Of a DNA stretch of 24,299 nucleotides, positions 17,156 to 24,299 are shown one piece after another. The notes below the pieces were generated by a model that was not told where the DNA came from, made no database searches, and saw only the letters and a program-made list of their open reading frames with translations. Position 1 is the first letter of the stretch. Each line of letters opens with the position of its first letter. A program made the position numbers and the translations under genes. This DNA comes from Leptospirales bacterium (GTDB lineage Bacteria > Spirochaetota > Leptospiria > Turneriellales > JAOUFE01): contig JBEQLE010000066.1 of the NCBI GenBank assembly GCA_040326155.1, positions 1 through 24,299 on the forward strand, written 5' to 3'.

Positions 17156-18400
17156 TTATTCAAAGTATTCATTTTCTGCGGGAAAGTCTTTATTTCGTAC
17201 ATCTTCGGAATATTGTTCAACGGCGGTTGAAATTTGCGAAGCTAAATCTACATATTTACGTACAAAACGGGGTGAAAAATCGGGATTATAACCTAAAATA
17301 TCGTTTAACACAAGAACCTGACCATCCACATCGGGACCGGCTCCTATTCCGATTACAGGAATTTTCAGCTCTTGGGAAACCCTTTTGGCCAAAGTTGTCG
17401 GGACCATTTCTAAAACAAGTGCAAACACTCCAGCTTCTTCCAGCATTTTGGCTTCATCTAATAGTTGATCTGCCTCTTTTTGCTCTTTTGCCTGAACTTT
17501 ATACCCTTCGAGTTCTAAAATAGACTGCGGCTGCAAACCCAGATGAGCCATAACCGGTATGGAAGCCCTTCGAATTGCTTTTATTACATCGATAAAATCT
17601 CGACCGCCTTCTAGTTTTACCGCCTGGGCACCTGTTTTTAATATAACTTCACCGGCATTACGCACAGCCTCTTCCACCGAAATCTGATAACTTAAAAATG
17701 GCATATCCACCGTTATAAATGCATCTGGATGCCCTCGGCGCACTGCGGCGCTATGATAGATCATATTTTCGAGAGTCACAGGAAGTGTATTTTCATACCC
17801 CGCAATAACATTGCCCAGAGAGTCGCCGACTAGAATGGTGTCAACCGATGTGCGTGACAAAATTTTAGCGCTTGAAAAATCGTAGCAGGTGACCATGGCT
17901 ATTTTCTCGCCCAGTTCTTTTTTTTTCTTAAAGTCTGATACGCTACGTATTGCTGTTACATTCATGGTTGTAATTTTCCTGTGTGACTGCCGCCCTTCAG
18001 GGTGTAATAAGGCCAGAATATTTCTAACCCAGGGCCTGGCATTATTGTAAATGTGGGGAATCGAAAGATTCCCATCGCGGTATTTTCCGCCAGACCACCA
18101 CACTATGTCAATGTCTATTTCGCGGGGGCCAAATTTAAACCTGCGCTTTCTTCCCAGTTCAGTCTCAACGGTTTTTAATGCCTCCATTAAGTTTGCCGGG
18201 TTCATGCGACTTTCAATACTTACCCCCGAATTGATAAAAGGGGGTTGACGTTTTTCAATGGAAGGGGGCGTTTTTACAAAAGGACTCTGTTTTATTATCC
18301 GTCCTACTTTAGTTTCGATTAACTCGATTGCTCTTTCTATGGTTTTTTTTCGATCGCCTAAATTACTACCCAGAGCTAATATATACTGATATTCGGTCAT
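17156..18400 (-). CDS. folK-panB: FolK (HPPK) - PanB (ketopantoate hydroxymethyltransferase) fusion
   Basis: The N-terminal ~145 aa has ALGSNLGD, FIN, GPREIDIDI, IPH (HPPK). The C-terminal part has VTCYD, ILVGDSL, VDMPFLSY, VKLEGG, AHLGLQPQ, IGIGAG, DGQVLV (PanB). One uninterrupted frame. Confidence 0.92.
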   Translation of the reverse strand: MTEYQYILALGSNLGDRKKTIERAIELIETKVGRIIKQSPFVKTPPSIEKRQPPFINSGVSIESRMNPANLMEALKTVETELGRKRRFKFGPREIDIDIVWWSGGKYRDGNLSIPHIYNNARPWVRNILALLHPEGRQSHRKITTMNVTAIRSVSDFKKKKELGEKIAMVTCYDFSSAKILSRTSVDTILVGDSLGNVIAGYENTLPVTLENMIYHSAAVRRGHPDAFITVDMPFLSYQISVEEAVRNAGEVILKTGAQAVKLEGGRDFIDVIKAIRRASIPVMAHLGLQPQSILELEGYKVQAKEQKEADQLLDEAKMLEEAGVFALVLEMVPTTLAKRVSQELKIPVIGIGAGPDVDGQVLVLNDILGYNPDFSPRFVRKYVDLASQISTAVEQYSEDVRNKDFPAENEYFE

Positions 18401-18415
18401 GACGGTTTAACCGCC

Positions 18416-19093
18416 TTAATTCATTTCCTGCAAGAAATTCTCAACCGTTTTTTGTTTTTTATGGAGCCGTCGAAGATGATCACGAATTATTTTATCGAAG
18501 TTGATTTCTCCGGTTACAATTTCGTATCGAATCGATTCTATCGGACCCAGGTCCATTTCGAAATCATATTTCGAAGCTTTTTGAGCCAGGCTTTTTGCCT
18601 TTTTCCAATACGGAAAAGCCTCTTTGTAGAAACCTTCGGCTATGGCAAAAGACTCTTTTAAATCGTCAGAAAAATCGAGATTATAAAAATAGAGATGGCG
18701 TTTATCGTAAAGAGAACCTATACGCATATAAGCGCGCATAATTTTTAAATTTATATGCATATGCATCATTAGCCTGTATTTATGATACTCTTCTTTCGTT
18801 TCAATTTTGCAAAGAGCGCGAGAAGGGTGTCGAAACCGGCTTCGAATTGCAATTTTTAAAAAATAGATATTACGACGCAACGACTCTTCGCCGTACAGAC
18901 TTTTCAGGCTATACATTAGAAAAAAATCTTCAACATGAGTTGGCTGCCACTGGTGAAGCCTTTTGGGTATCCAGTCAGAAAACTTCGTGTACATGCCTGA
19001 CTGGTCATAATAATAATCCAGTCGCAATTGGGCAAAAAGACCCCCGGTAATTACCAGAAATAAAGTAGCCGTCAAAGTGTATTTTTTCAACAT
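18416..19093 (-). CDS. Secreted helical hypothetical protein, resembling a conserved spirochaete family
   Basis: Signal peptide MLKKYTLTATLFLVITGGLFA; 225-aa ORF ending 15 nt upstream of folK-panB. Confidence 0.7.
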   Translation of the reverse strand: MLKKYTLTATLFLVITGGLFAQLRLDYYYDQSGMYTKFSDWIPKRLHQWQPTHVEDFFLMYSLKSLYGEESLRRNIYFLKIAIRSRFRHPSRALCKIETKEEYHKYRLMMHMHINLKIMRAYMRIGSLYDKRHLYFYNLDFSDDLKESFAIAEGFYKEAFPYWKKAKSLAQKASKYDFEMDLGPIESIRYEIVTGEINFDKIIRDHLRRLHKKQKTVENFLQEMN

Positions 19094-19239
19094 ACAAATT
19101 ATTATCGACGGGTATCGGCAAGAAAGCTATAAAAATTCCTTCCGATTTATCTATGAATTTCTCTCTTTTTGCTCGTGTAAGGTCGTCGGCGTCATGAAAA
19201 CTTCTGAACGAAATCGGGCTTTTGGCCGATATTAACACT

Positions 19240-20034
19240 ATGGATAAAACGAAGCAAATATCGCGATTGAAAGAGAACCTGATAGACCTTAAAAATAAAG
19301 GCTGCGTGGTCGGGTTAAAAACCGGTACAGAAATTGAAGATATGGATTTCGATGAAATCGGTTGGATAAAACAGCTTTCCGATTCGGTTGTACCCATGAC
19401 TGTAAAAATTGGCGGTCCCGAAGCAAGAAACGATATTCGTCACTGTTTAAAACTGAAAATCGATACAATTTTAGCCCCAATGATTGAATCAGTTTATGCC
19501 CTTCATAATTTTGTTCAAACAATAGATAGCCTGGCTGCTATATACCCAAAATACCCGTTGCGGCTTGCCGCGAATATTGAAAGCTTCGAAGCGGTAAATC
19601 GTTTTGATGATATGCTGGCGAGTTCATCCATGCAAAAACTCTCGCAAATTACAATTGGCCGAACCGACTTGTCGAGTAGTATGCATTTAACGGTCGATGA
19701 TGATGAAGTATTTGCCAGCGCTTCAAAAGTTGTGAAAAAAAGTCTGAACCGGGGTCTTCTTACTTCCCTCGGTGGAAAAATTACATTGCAAAATATTGGC
19801 TCCGTAGCCCGTAATATTCCAGTAACTCGAATTAACACTCGCCATATTGTCTTCGAAAATAACGAAAAATTCAGAAGCGACCCTGAAGGGTTTCTGTATA
19901 GAGGCCTTGCTTTTGAACAAAAACTATACGGGGCTATGGCAAAACTGTTTCCTGAAAAGAAAACACATTATGAAAATCGAGAAAAACAACTGTTTGAAAG
20001 AATGGGTTCGATGCGAATTATTAAAAAAATGTAA
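19240..20034 (+). CDS. HpcH/HpaI aldolase / citrate lyase beta-subunit family protein
   Basis: GLKTGTEIEDM, VKIGGPEARND, ILAPMIES, ANIES, TIGRTDL motifs. ATG 19240 or TTG 19222. Confidence 0.75.
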   Translation: MDKTKQISRLKENLIDLKNKGCVVGLKTGTEIEDMDFDEIGWIKQLSDSVVPMTVKIGGPEARNDIRHCLKLKIDTILAPMIESVYALHNFVQTIDSLAAIYPKYPLRLAANIESFEAVNRFDDMLASSSMQKLSQITIGRTDLSSSMHLTVDDDEVFASASKVVKKSLNRGLLTSLGGKITLQNIGSVARNIPVTRINTRHIVFENNEKFRSDPEGFLYRGLAFEQKLYGAMAKLFPEKKTHYENREKQLFERMGSMRIIKKM

Positions 20035-20043
20035 AAGTTTAAT

Positions 20044-20090
20044 ATAATACCTCGAAGCGAGTTGGCAAAAACGACGTTTTTTGCCAACAA
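20044..20090 (+). repeat. Structured intergenic motif, copy 1 (may also act as a terminator between convergent genes)
   Basis: ATAAT-ACCT-CGAAGCGA + stem GTTGGCAAAA (20061-20070) / ACGACGTT / TTTTGCCAAC (20079-20088) + AA. Confidence 0.75.
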
Positions 20091-20103
20091 AATACTTTAT
20101 ACA

Positions 20104-20150
20104 ATAATCGGACGAAGCGACCATAATAAACCGCAGGATTTATTATGGAA
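20104..20150 (+). repeat. Structured intergenic motif, copy 2 (exactly 60 bp after copy 1)
   Basis: ATAAT-CGGA-CGAAGCGA + stem CCATAATAAA (20121-20130) / CCGCAGGA / TTTATTATGG (20139-20148) + AA. Confidence 0.85.
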
Positions 20151-20160
20151 TTAAAAACAA

Positions 20161-20781
20161 CTATTTGTTAAAAATAACCTTGCGTCCTTCTAATGTAAAC
20201 CCTTTAAAAAGTCTATGCAGAGCCTTCCAGTAGAGTTCATGTTCTATTTTGATTATTTTACGAGAGAGTGTCTCTTCTGTTTCGTTGGGTTCAAGCTCGA
20301 CAGTTTCCTGCAAAATAATTGCTCCTGAGTCAACACCATCATCGACGAAGTGAATGGTACAACCCGAATATTTTACTGCGTATTCGACAGCCTGCCTCTG
20401 GGCGCCCAACCCCGGAAAAGAGGGTAACAGCGAGGGATGTACATTGACAATTCGATTTCGAAAAGAGTGTAGCATCTGTTTTCGTAGAATTCTCATATAA
20501 CCCGCGCAAACGACCCACTCTACTCCGTTTTCAAGCAGTACATTTACCAGATTTTGCTCATACTCGGCATAATCTTTAAACTGTTTTGGAGAGAAGGAGA
20601 GAGTTTTTACTCCGAAGGACTCGGCAGTGGTAAGGCCTGTCGCTTCTCTTTTATCGCTGAAAACCAGAACAACTTCGGCTGGTAATTTTTTTTCGGAAAT
20701 CTTTTGTAGTAGGGCTTTCATATTGCTGCCCCTTCCCGAGATTAAGATCGCGAGTTTTGGTTTCCGATTAGAAAAGATCAA
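20161..20781 (-). CDS. purN: Phosphoribosylglycinamide formyltransferase
   Basis: LISGRGSNM, CAGYMRIL, NVHPSLLPSFPG, GCTIHFVDDGVDSG, IEH motifs. Confidence 0.96.
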   Translation of the reverse strand: MIFSNRKPKLAILISGRGSNMKALLQKISEKKLPAEVVLVFSDKREATGLTTAESFGVKTLSFSPKQFKDYAEYEQNLVNVLLENGVEWVVCAGYMRILRKQMLHSFRNRIVNVHPSLLPSFPGLGAQRQAVEYAVKYSGCTIHFVDDGVDSGAIILQETVELEPNETEETLSRKIIKIEHELYWKALHRLFKGFTLEGRKVIFNK

Positions 20782-21251
20782 TTCAAAACTTCTCGAATCG
20801 ATTCCACGCTACAAAAATTATCTGCAAAAGAACAGTAGTAAACTCTGGCTGAGACCACAACCTTTATGTTTTTAGTTTCCAGGTTTTCTTGCAAGGCTAC
20901 CGAGTAGGGGTTTATTTTAGAAAAGTATTTTCCATCTTCTTTCGCTGTTTCACCGGTAAATTTTATCGCCTCAAACTTTTGAACCAGTTTGCCTTTTTCT
21001 TTTAAAATTTCGCCAAGATTTTTATTTTTTGCATACTTTTTATCTATCGTATATACAGAAATTTCATGCGGACCATCTTTTTGAATTCCATACCCTTTTT
21101 TAACAGCAAATTCGAAATTGAGATTTCCATTGTTCTTTTCAACATCTAAAGTTACTGAGCCGGTACTGAAGCCGTAAGAAAAAATAATTCCCGTAAACAG
21201 GGCAAGTGTAGCCACCGCTACCATCAAATATAGAGATTTTCGTTTTCGCAT
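20778..21251 (-). CDS. Exported protein with a C-terminal CxxxxxxC motif, resembling Leptospira MPL17 / DsbD N-terminal-like fold
   Basis: N-terminal hydrophobic signal or anchor; GYGIQKDGPH; RVYYCSFADNFC; 4-nt overlap with purN. Confidence 0.55.
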   Translation of the reverse strand: MRKRKSLYLMVAVATLALFTGIIFSYGFSTGSVTLDVEKNNGNLNFEFAVKKGYGIQKDGPHEISVYTIDKKYAKNKNLGEILKEKGKLVQKFEAIKFTGETAKEDGKYFSKINPYSVALQENLETKNIKVVVSARVYYCSFADNFCSVESIREVLN

Positions 21252-21304
21252 ATTACCTACCTTAAACCGACTTATCCATTATCAAGCCATATTATCTTTA
21301 CTGT

Positions 21305-21334
21305 AATATATAAGAATTCATGCCGTGAAGTCAA
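21305..21334 (-). promoter_or_regulatory. Putative sigma70 promoter for the 21251-purN operon
   Basis: Minus strand TTGACT (21334-21329)-N18-TATATT (21310-21305) in the divergent intergenic region. Confidence 0.4.
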
Positions 21335-21386
21335 TTTTTTCTAACATTCCCTGCGCTTTTTAGAAGCAGCCGGGGTTTTTTCACGA

Positions 21387-21414
21387 TTGACAGGGGGAAT
21401 CTACAGATTTTAAT
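21387..21414 (+). promoter_or_regulatory. Putative sigma70 promoter for the M23 peptidase operon
   Basis: TTGACA (21387-21392)-N16-TTTAAT (21409-21414), 36 nt upstream of the ATG. Confidence 0.55.
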
Positions 21415-21450
21415 GGTAAGATCTCTTCAATATAAGAGTAAGGTCGTTTT

Positions 21451-22503
21451 ATGAAGAAGCGTTTCGAAACTTTCTGGAATACTGTAAATCAAAAAGGACA
21501 TGAGAGAATTACTTTCATGATCATTCCACATGGCGAAGCCCATATTTTAAGCTTACAACTGAGTAAATTTACAATGTTTTTTGCAACATTAATTTTGATT
21601 ATGGTTATGTTTGCGTCTATCCTTTCTACCGAACTTCAGGAGAATATGCAAACAGAGGTTACCGAACTTCATGACACGAACCAGACATTTTTTTATAAAA
21701 ACGAGCAATACTATAAAAAACTCGACGACATTATCGCATATCATGATGAATTAAAGTCAAAAATAGTTTACCTTACTGAAAAAACAGGGCTTACCCTGAA
21801 TGACAACTCTTATGAATTCTCAGACAATTACCTACAGCAAATTGCCAAAGATGAGATGATAAAAGAGGCCGTTGTTTTCACGAAACAGATGAACCATCTG
21901 GTTGCCATGAAAGAGTCCGAAGATATAAAAAGTGACGTGAACTACCCACTACTAGATGAGTATGAACAACTTCCAGATCCGGACGAATTTGCCTACAACT
22001 CTATGGCGCTGAACTACCGACAACTCTATCTCGAATTAAAAATGACTCTCGCTCAGTTAAACACGCTAGAAACATTTTTAAGAGAACGTGAGGATGTTCA
22101 AAAAAGTCTTCCCTATTATTATCCCATTGCTGCTGGCGGTCACTTTACCTCTGGTTATGGACCGCGTGGTAACCCCCTTTCGGGTCAAGGCAGGGAATTC
22201 CACAATGGCACCGATGTCGCTCATTCGATCGGAACCCCGATTTATGCTTCTGCGGAGGGTAAAGTCGTGCGAGCTGGAATGTCAGGTGGTTATGGCAAAA
22301 GGGTTATGATACAACACCGTTTTGGATATTCGACCGTTTATGCCCATATGAGCACTTTACATGTATCTACTGGACAATATGTTCGCAAAGGTCAAATGAT
22401 TGGTCGTGTCGGCATTACCGGACGAACCACTGGACCTCACCTTCATTATGAAGTACGCATCAATGGCGATAACGTCAATCCGATTAAATATATGTTGCAT
22501 TAA
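21451..22503 (+). CDS. M23 family metallopeptidase (peptidoglycan endopeptidase) with a TM anchor and coiled coil
   Basis: ITFMIIPH + TM; HNGTD (HxxxD), YAHMS, TGPHLHYEV (HxH). Confidence 0.92.
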   Translation: MKKRFETFWNTVNQKGHERITFMIIPHGEAHILSLQLSKFTMFFATLILIMVMFASILSTELQENMQTEVTELHDTNQTFFYKNEQYYKKLDDIIAYHDELKSKIVYLTEKTGLTLNDNSYEFSDNYLQQIAKDEMIKEAVVFTKQMNHLVAMKESEDIKSDVNYPLLDEYEQLPDPDEFAYNSMALNYRQLYLELKMTLAQLNTLETFLREREDVQKSLPYYYPIAAGGHFTSGYGPRGNPLSGQGREFHNGTDVAHSIGTPIYASAEGKVVRAGMSGGYGKRVMIQHRFGYSTVYAHMSTLHVSTGQYVRKGQMIGRVGITGRTTGPHLHYEVRINGDNVNPIKYMLH

Positions 22504-22508
22504 CCTGT

Positions 22509-23120
22509 ATGGGTTTTGGTAAAAACCAGACTGTCTGGAATACTCACTACCAGACAGACCGCTCCAAACAGGAGATTCCAGATGAAAATGTTGTCCGATA
22601 TTTACACCGTTATTCCAAATCTAATTCCGTTTCTTTAGAAAATATTCATATACTCGATCTTGGTTCGGGTAGCGGAAGAAACCTGAATTACATACGTCGT
22701 TTTTCACCCCACGTAGTCGGCGCAGATTTTTCGCATGAGGCTCTGAAAGGCCAGACCAATGTCATATGTACACGATCTGAAACCCTCCCCTTCTCTGACC
22801 AAAGCTTCGAGCTGATTATCGCCTGGGGACTTTTACACTACTTATCTACTGAAAACGCTCAAACCGCTTTATTAGAAATTCAGCGGATTTTAAAACCCGG
22901 TGGAAAGTTTTTCGGTACGCTTCGTTCTGACCAAGATACCCATCTGCAACATGTTCTGGCAGGAGGTGACCTGAAAGGAGGGGCCGCCATTACATATAGT
23001 CCGGTTGAAATTAAAGACTTTTTTGCCGATTTCTCAAATTTAACACTCGGACATATAACCCGCCAACCGCTGGGTGAACCCTACACCGTCGCCCACCATA
23101 TGTTTGAGGCTACCCGATGA
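22509..23120 (+). CDS. Class I SAM-dependent methyltransferase
   Basis: ILDLGSGSGRN motif I, GADFS, LPFSDQSFELII, RILKPGG. Confidence 0.88.
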   Translation: MGFGKNQTVWNTHYQTDRSKQEIPDENVVRYLHRYSKSNSVSLENIHILDLGSGSGRNLNYIRRFSPHVVGADFSHEALKGQTNVICTRSETLPFSDQSFELIIAWGLLHYLSTENAQTALLEIQRILKPGGKFFGTLRSDQDTHLQHVLAGGDLKGGAAITYSPVEIKDFFADFSNLTLGHITRQPLGEPYTVAHHMFEATR

Positions 23121-24031
23121 ACCCCGCGAGGTGTCCGGCCTGTCTGTCACCGAATAGCTCATTTTCAGGAACCATCGACCGCTTTACTCCACCTTTTGAA
23201 GTAGTCCAGTGCGCAGAGTGCGGCTCTTTCTACCGCCACCCACAACCCAGTGACGAATCGGCGTATTACGACGAGAATTATTATACCCAAAAATCTGATT
23301 TTAGCTACATGGACGAGAGAAAAATTTTTGCGGGTTCCAAACACGTCTGGAACGCCCGTTTAAAACAGATTCGAAAATACCACCCTACGGGAAAATTCTT
23401 AGACGTAGGATGTTCCTTTGGCGGGTTCACCTTTACAGCTGCCCAATATTTTGACGCCTGGGGAATCGATGTTTCGAAATATGCTATAAAAGAAGCTTCG
23501 GCTTTTTTACAAAAAATCGCAAAAGACGACGACTCGAAAAATAGCGTCAAAGGGTTATTCCAGACAGAATTAACAACCCTGCCCGAAAAAAAACTCCCTG
23601 AAAACCAATTCTCCGTTATTACCATGATCGAAGTACTAGAACATCTGAAAAACCCGAGAGAACACATCGCAAAAGCGCATAAACTGTTACAACCTGGCGG
23701 TCTACTGGTTATACAAACAGCCAACATGGACGGTCGACAAGCCGTCCAAGCGGGCCTGCAATACCACTATTTTCTTCCGGGCCACCTCACCTGCTTTACA
23801 GCCCGAGGTTTAAAACAAATGCTGCGTGAACTTGGATTCACAACCTTTCGTGAATTTATTCCCGTCGACTTCGGCCTTATGCCAAAACTAAAAAAAATGC
23901 AAACCAGCTTCACCAGCCCTTTAGACTATATCAAATGGTTTCGGACAACCTGGTATCACCTGACTTCATATCTACGATACAAAGGCCAACCACTAACCTC
24001 TTCCTATGTATTATACGCCTTTAAACGATAA
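23117..24031 (+). CDS. Class I SAM-dependent methyltransferase with an N-terminal Zn-ribbon
   Basis: CPAC...CAECG; FLDVGCSFG; ITMIEVLEHL; LLQPGG; PGHL. ATGA overlap with the upstream gene. Confidence 0.88.
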   Translation: MNPARCPACLSPNSSFSGTIDRFTPPFEVVQCAECGSFYRHPQPSDESAYYDENYYTQKSDFSYMDERKIFAGSKHVWNARLKQIRKYHPTGKFLDVGCSFGGFTFTAAQYFDAWGIDVSKYAIKEASAFLQKIAKDDDSKNSVKGLFQTELTTLPEKKLPENQFSVITMIEVLEHLKNPREHIAKAHKLLQPGGLLVIQTANMDGRQAVQAGLQYHYFLPGHLTCFTARGLKQMLRELGFTTFREFIPVDFGLMPKLKKMQTSFTSPLDYIKWFRTTWYHLTSYLRYKGQPLTSSYVLYAFKR

Positions 24032-24074
24032 TCGAACGAAGCGATACAAAAAAACCGAAGGATTTTTTTGTAAA
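24028..24074 (+). repeat. Structured intergenic motif, copy 3
   Basis: ATAAT-CGAA-CGAAGCGA + stem TACAAAAAAA (24045-24054) / CCGAAGGA / TTTTTTTGTA (24063-24072) + AA. Confidence 0.85.
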
Positions 24075-24208
24075 CTAAGAAAGAAAACAGAATTTTCTTT
24101 TAATTATCTGGCTTATATTTGACGAAACTAAAAAGAGCGAATAAAGTCTCAAGCAAAGACTTTATATTGACGTAACAATGATTATATGATGGATGGTAAT
24201 GTTTAAAG

Positions 24209-24299
24209 ATGAATTCACGCGAAAGCAAACAAATATTTAATTTAATCTTTATTGGGTTTGCCTGGCCTCCGGTCGCATGGCTTTTCCTGGTTTGGTATC
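24209..24299 (+). CDS. Possible start of a membrane protein, truncated by the window end
   Basis: ATG 24209 is open to the window edge: MNSRESKQIFNLIFIGFAWPPVAWLFLVWY (hydrophobic). Too short to assign. Confidence 0.4.
   Translation, partial: MNSRESKQIFNLIFIGFAWPPVAWLFLVWY

Noticed and set aside
19005..19397. 130-aa minus-strand ORF
   Set aside because: It overlaps two better-supported genes and has no recognisable motif; shadow ORF.
19872..19896. AGAAGCGA followed by a small ACCC-TGAA-GGGT hairpin, superficially like the intergenic motif
   Set aside because: It lies inside the aldolase coding sequence and lacks the ATAAT leader and the 10-bp stem geometry; probably chance.
20044..20150. 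CRISPR mini-array or integron attC interpretation of the 60-bp tandem units
   Set aside because: The variable part is itself palindromic, only two adjacent units exist, no cas or integrase gene is present, and there are no RYYYAAC...GTTRRRY ends in the attC arrangement.

Overview
AT-rich bacterial chromosomal window, probably from a spirochaete of the Leptospirales type. This is inferred from spirochaete-style lipoboxes, LipL45-like and MPL17-like sequences and gene neighbourhoods, not from a search. The first ~7.5 kb looks accessory. It holds a coupled histidine kinase / long receiver protein / C5 DNA methyltransferase module, a lipoprotein, a DUF4349-like remnant, an LCM-type methyltransferase, a cysteine-free secreted DUF2225-like protein and an internally deleted DUF2314-like lipoprotein. 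The rest is mostly housekeeping: nitrilase-tsaE-tsaB-RNase R; a membrane class III nucleotide cyclase with two coupled envelope genes; rpsT and tRNA-Val(TAC); a minus-strand operon (secreted protein, FolK-PanB fusion, TM-type RNase Z); an HpcH-type aldolase; purN; and an M23 peptidase with two methyltransferases. The most striking unexplained signal is a non-coding motif in three copies (20044, 20104, 24028): ATAAT-N4-CGAAGCGA, then a perfect 10-bp stem whose sequence differs in each copy, around an 8-nt centre. A separate ~100-bp nested hairpin lies at 11763-11862. No integrase, transposase or CRISPR array was seen. All family assignments come from motif recognition by eye.
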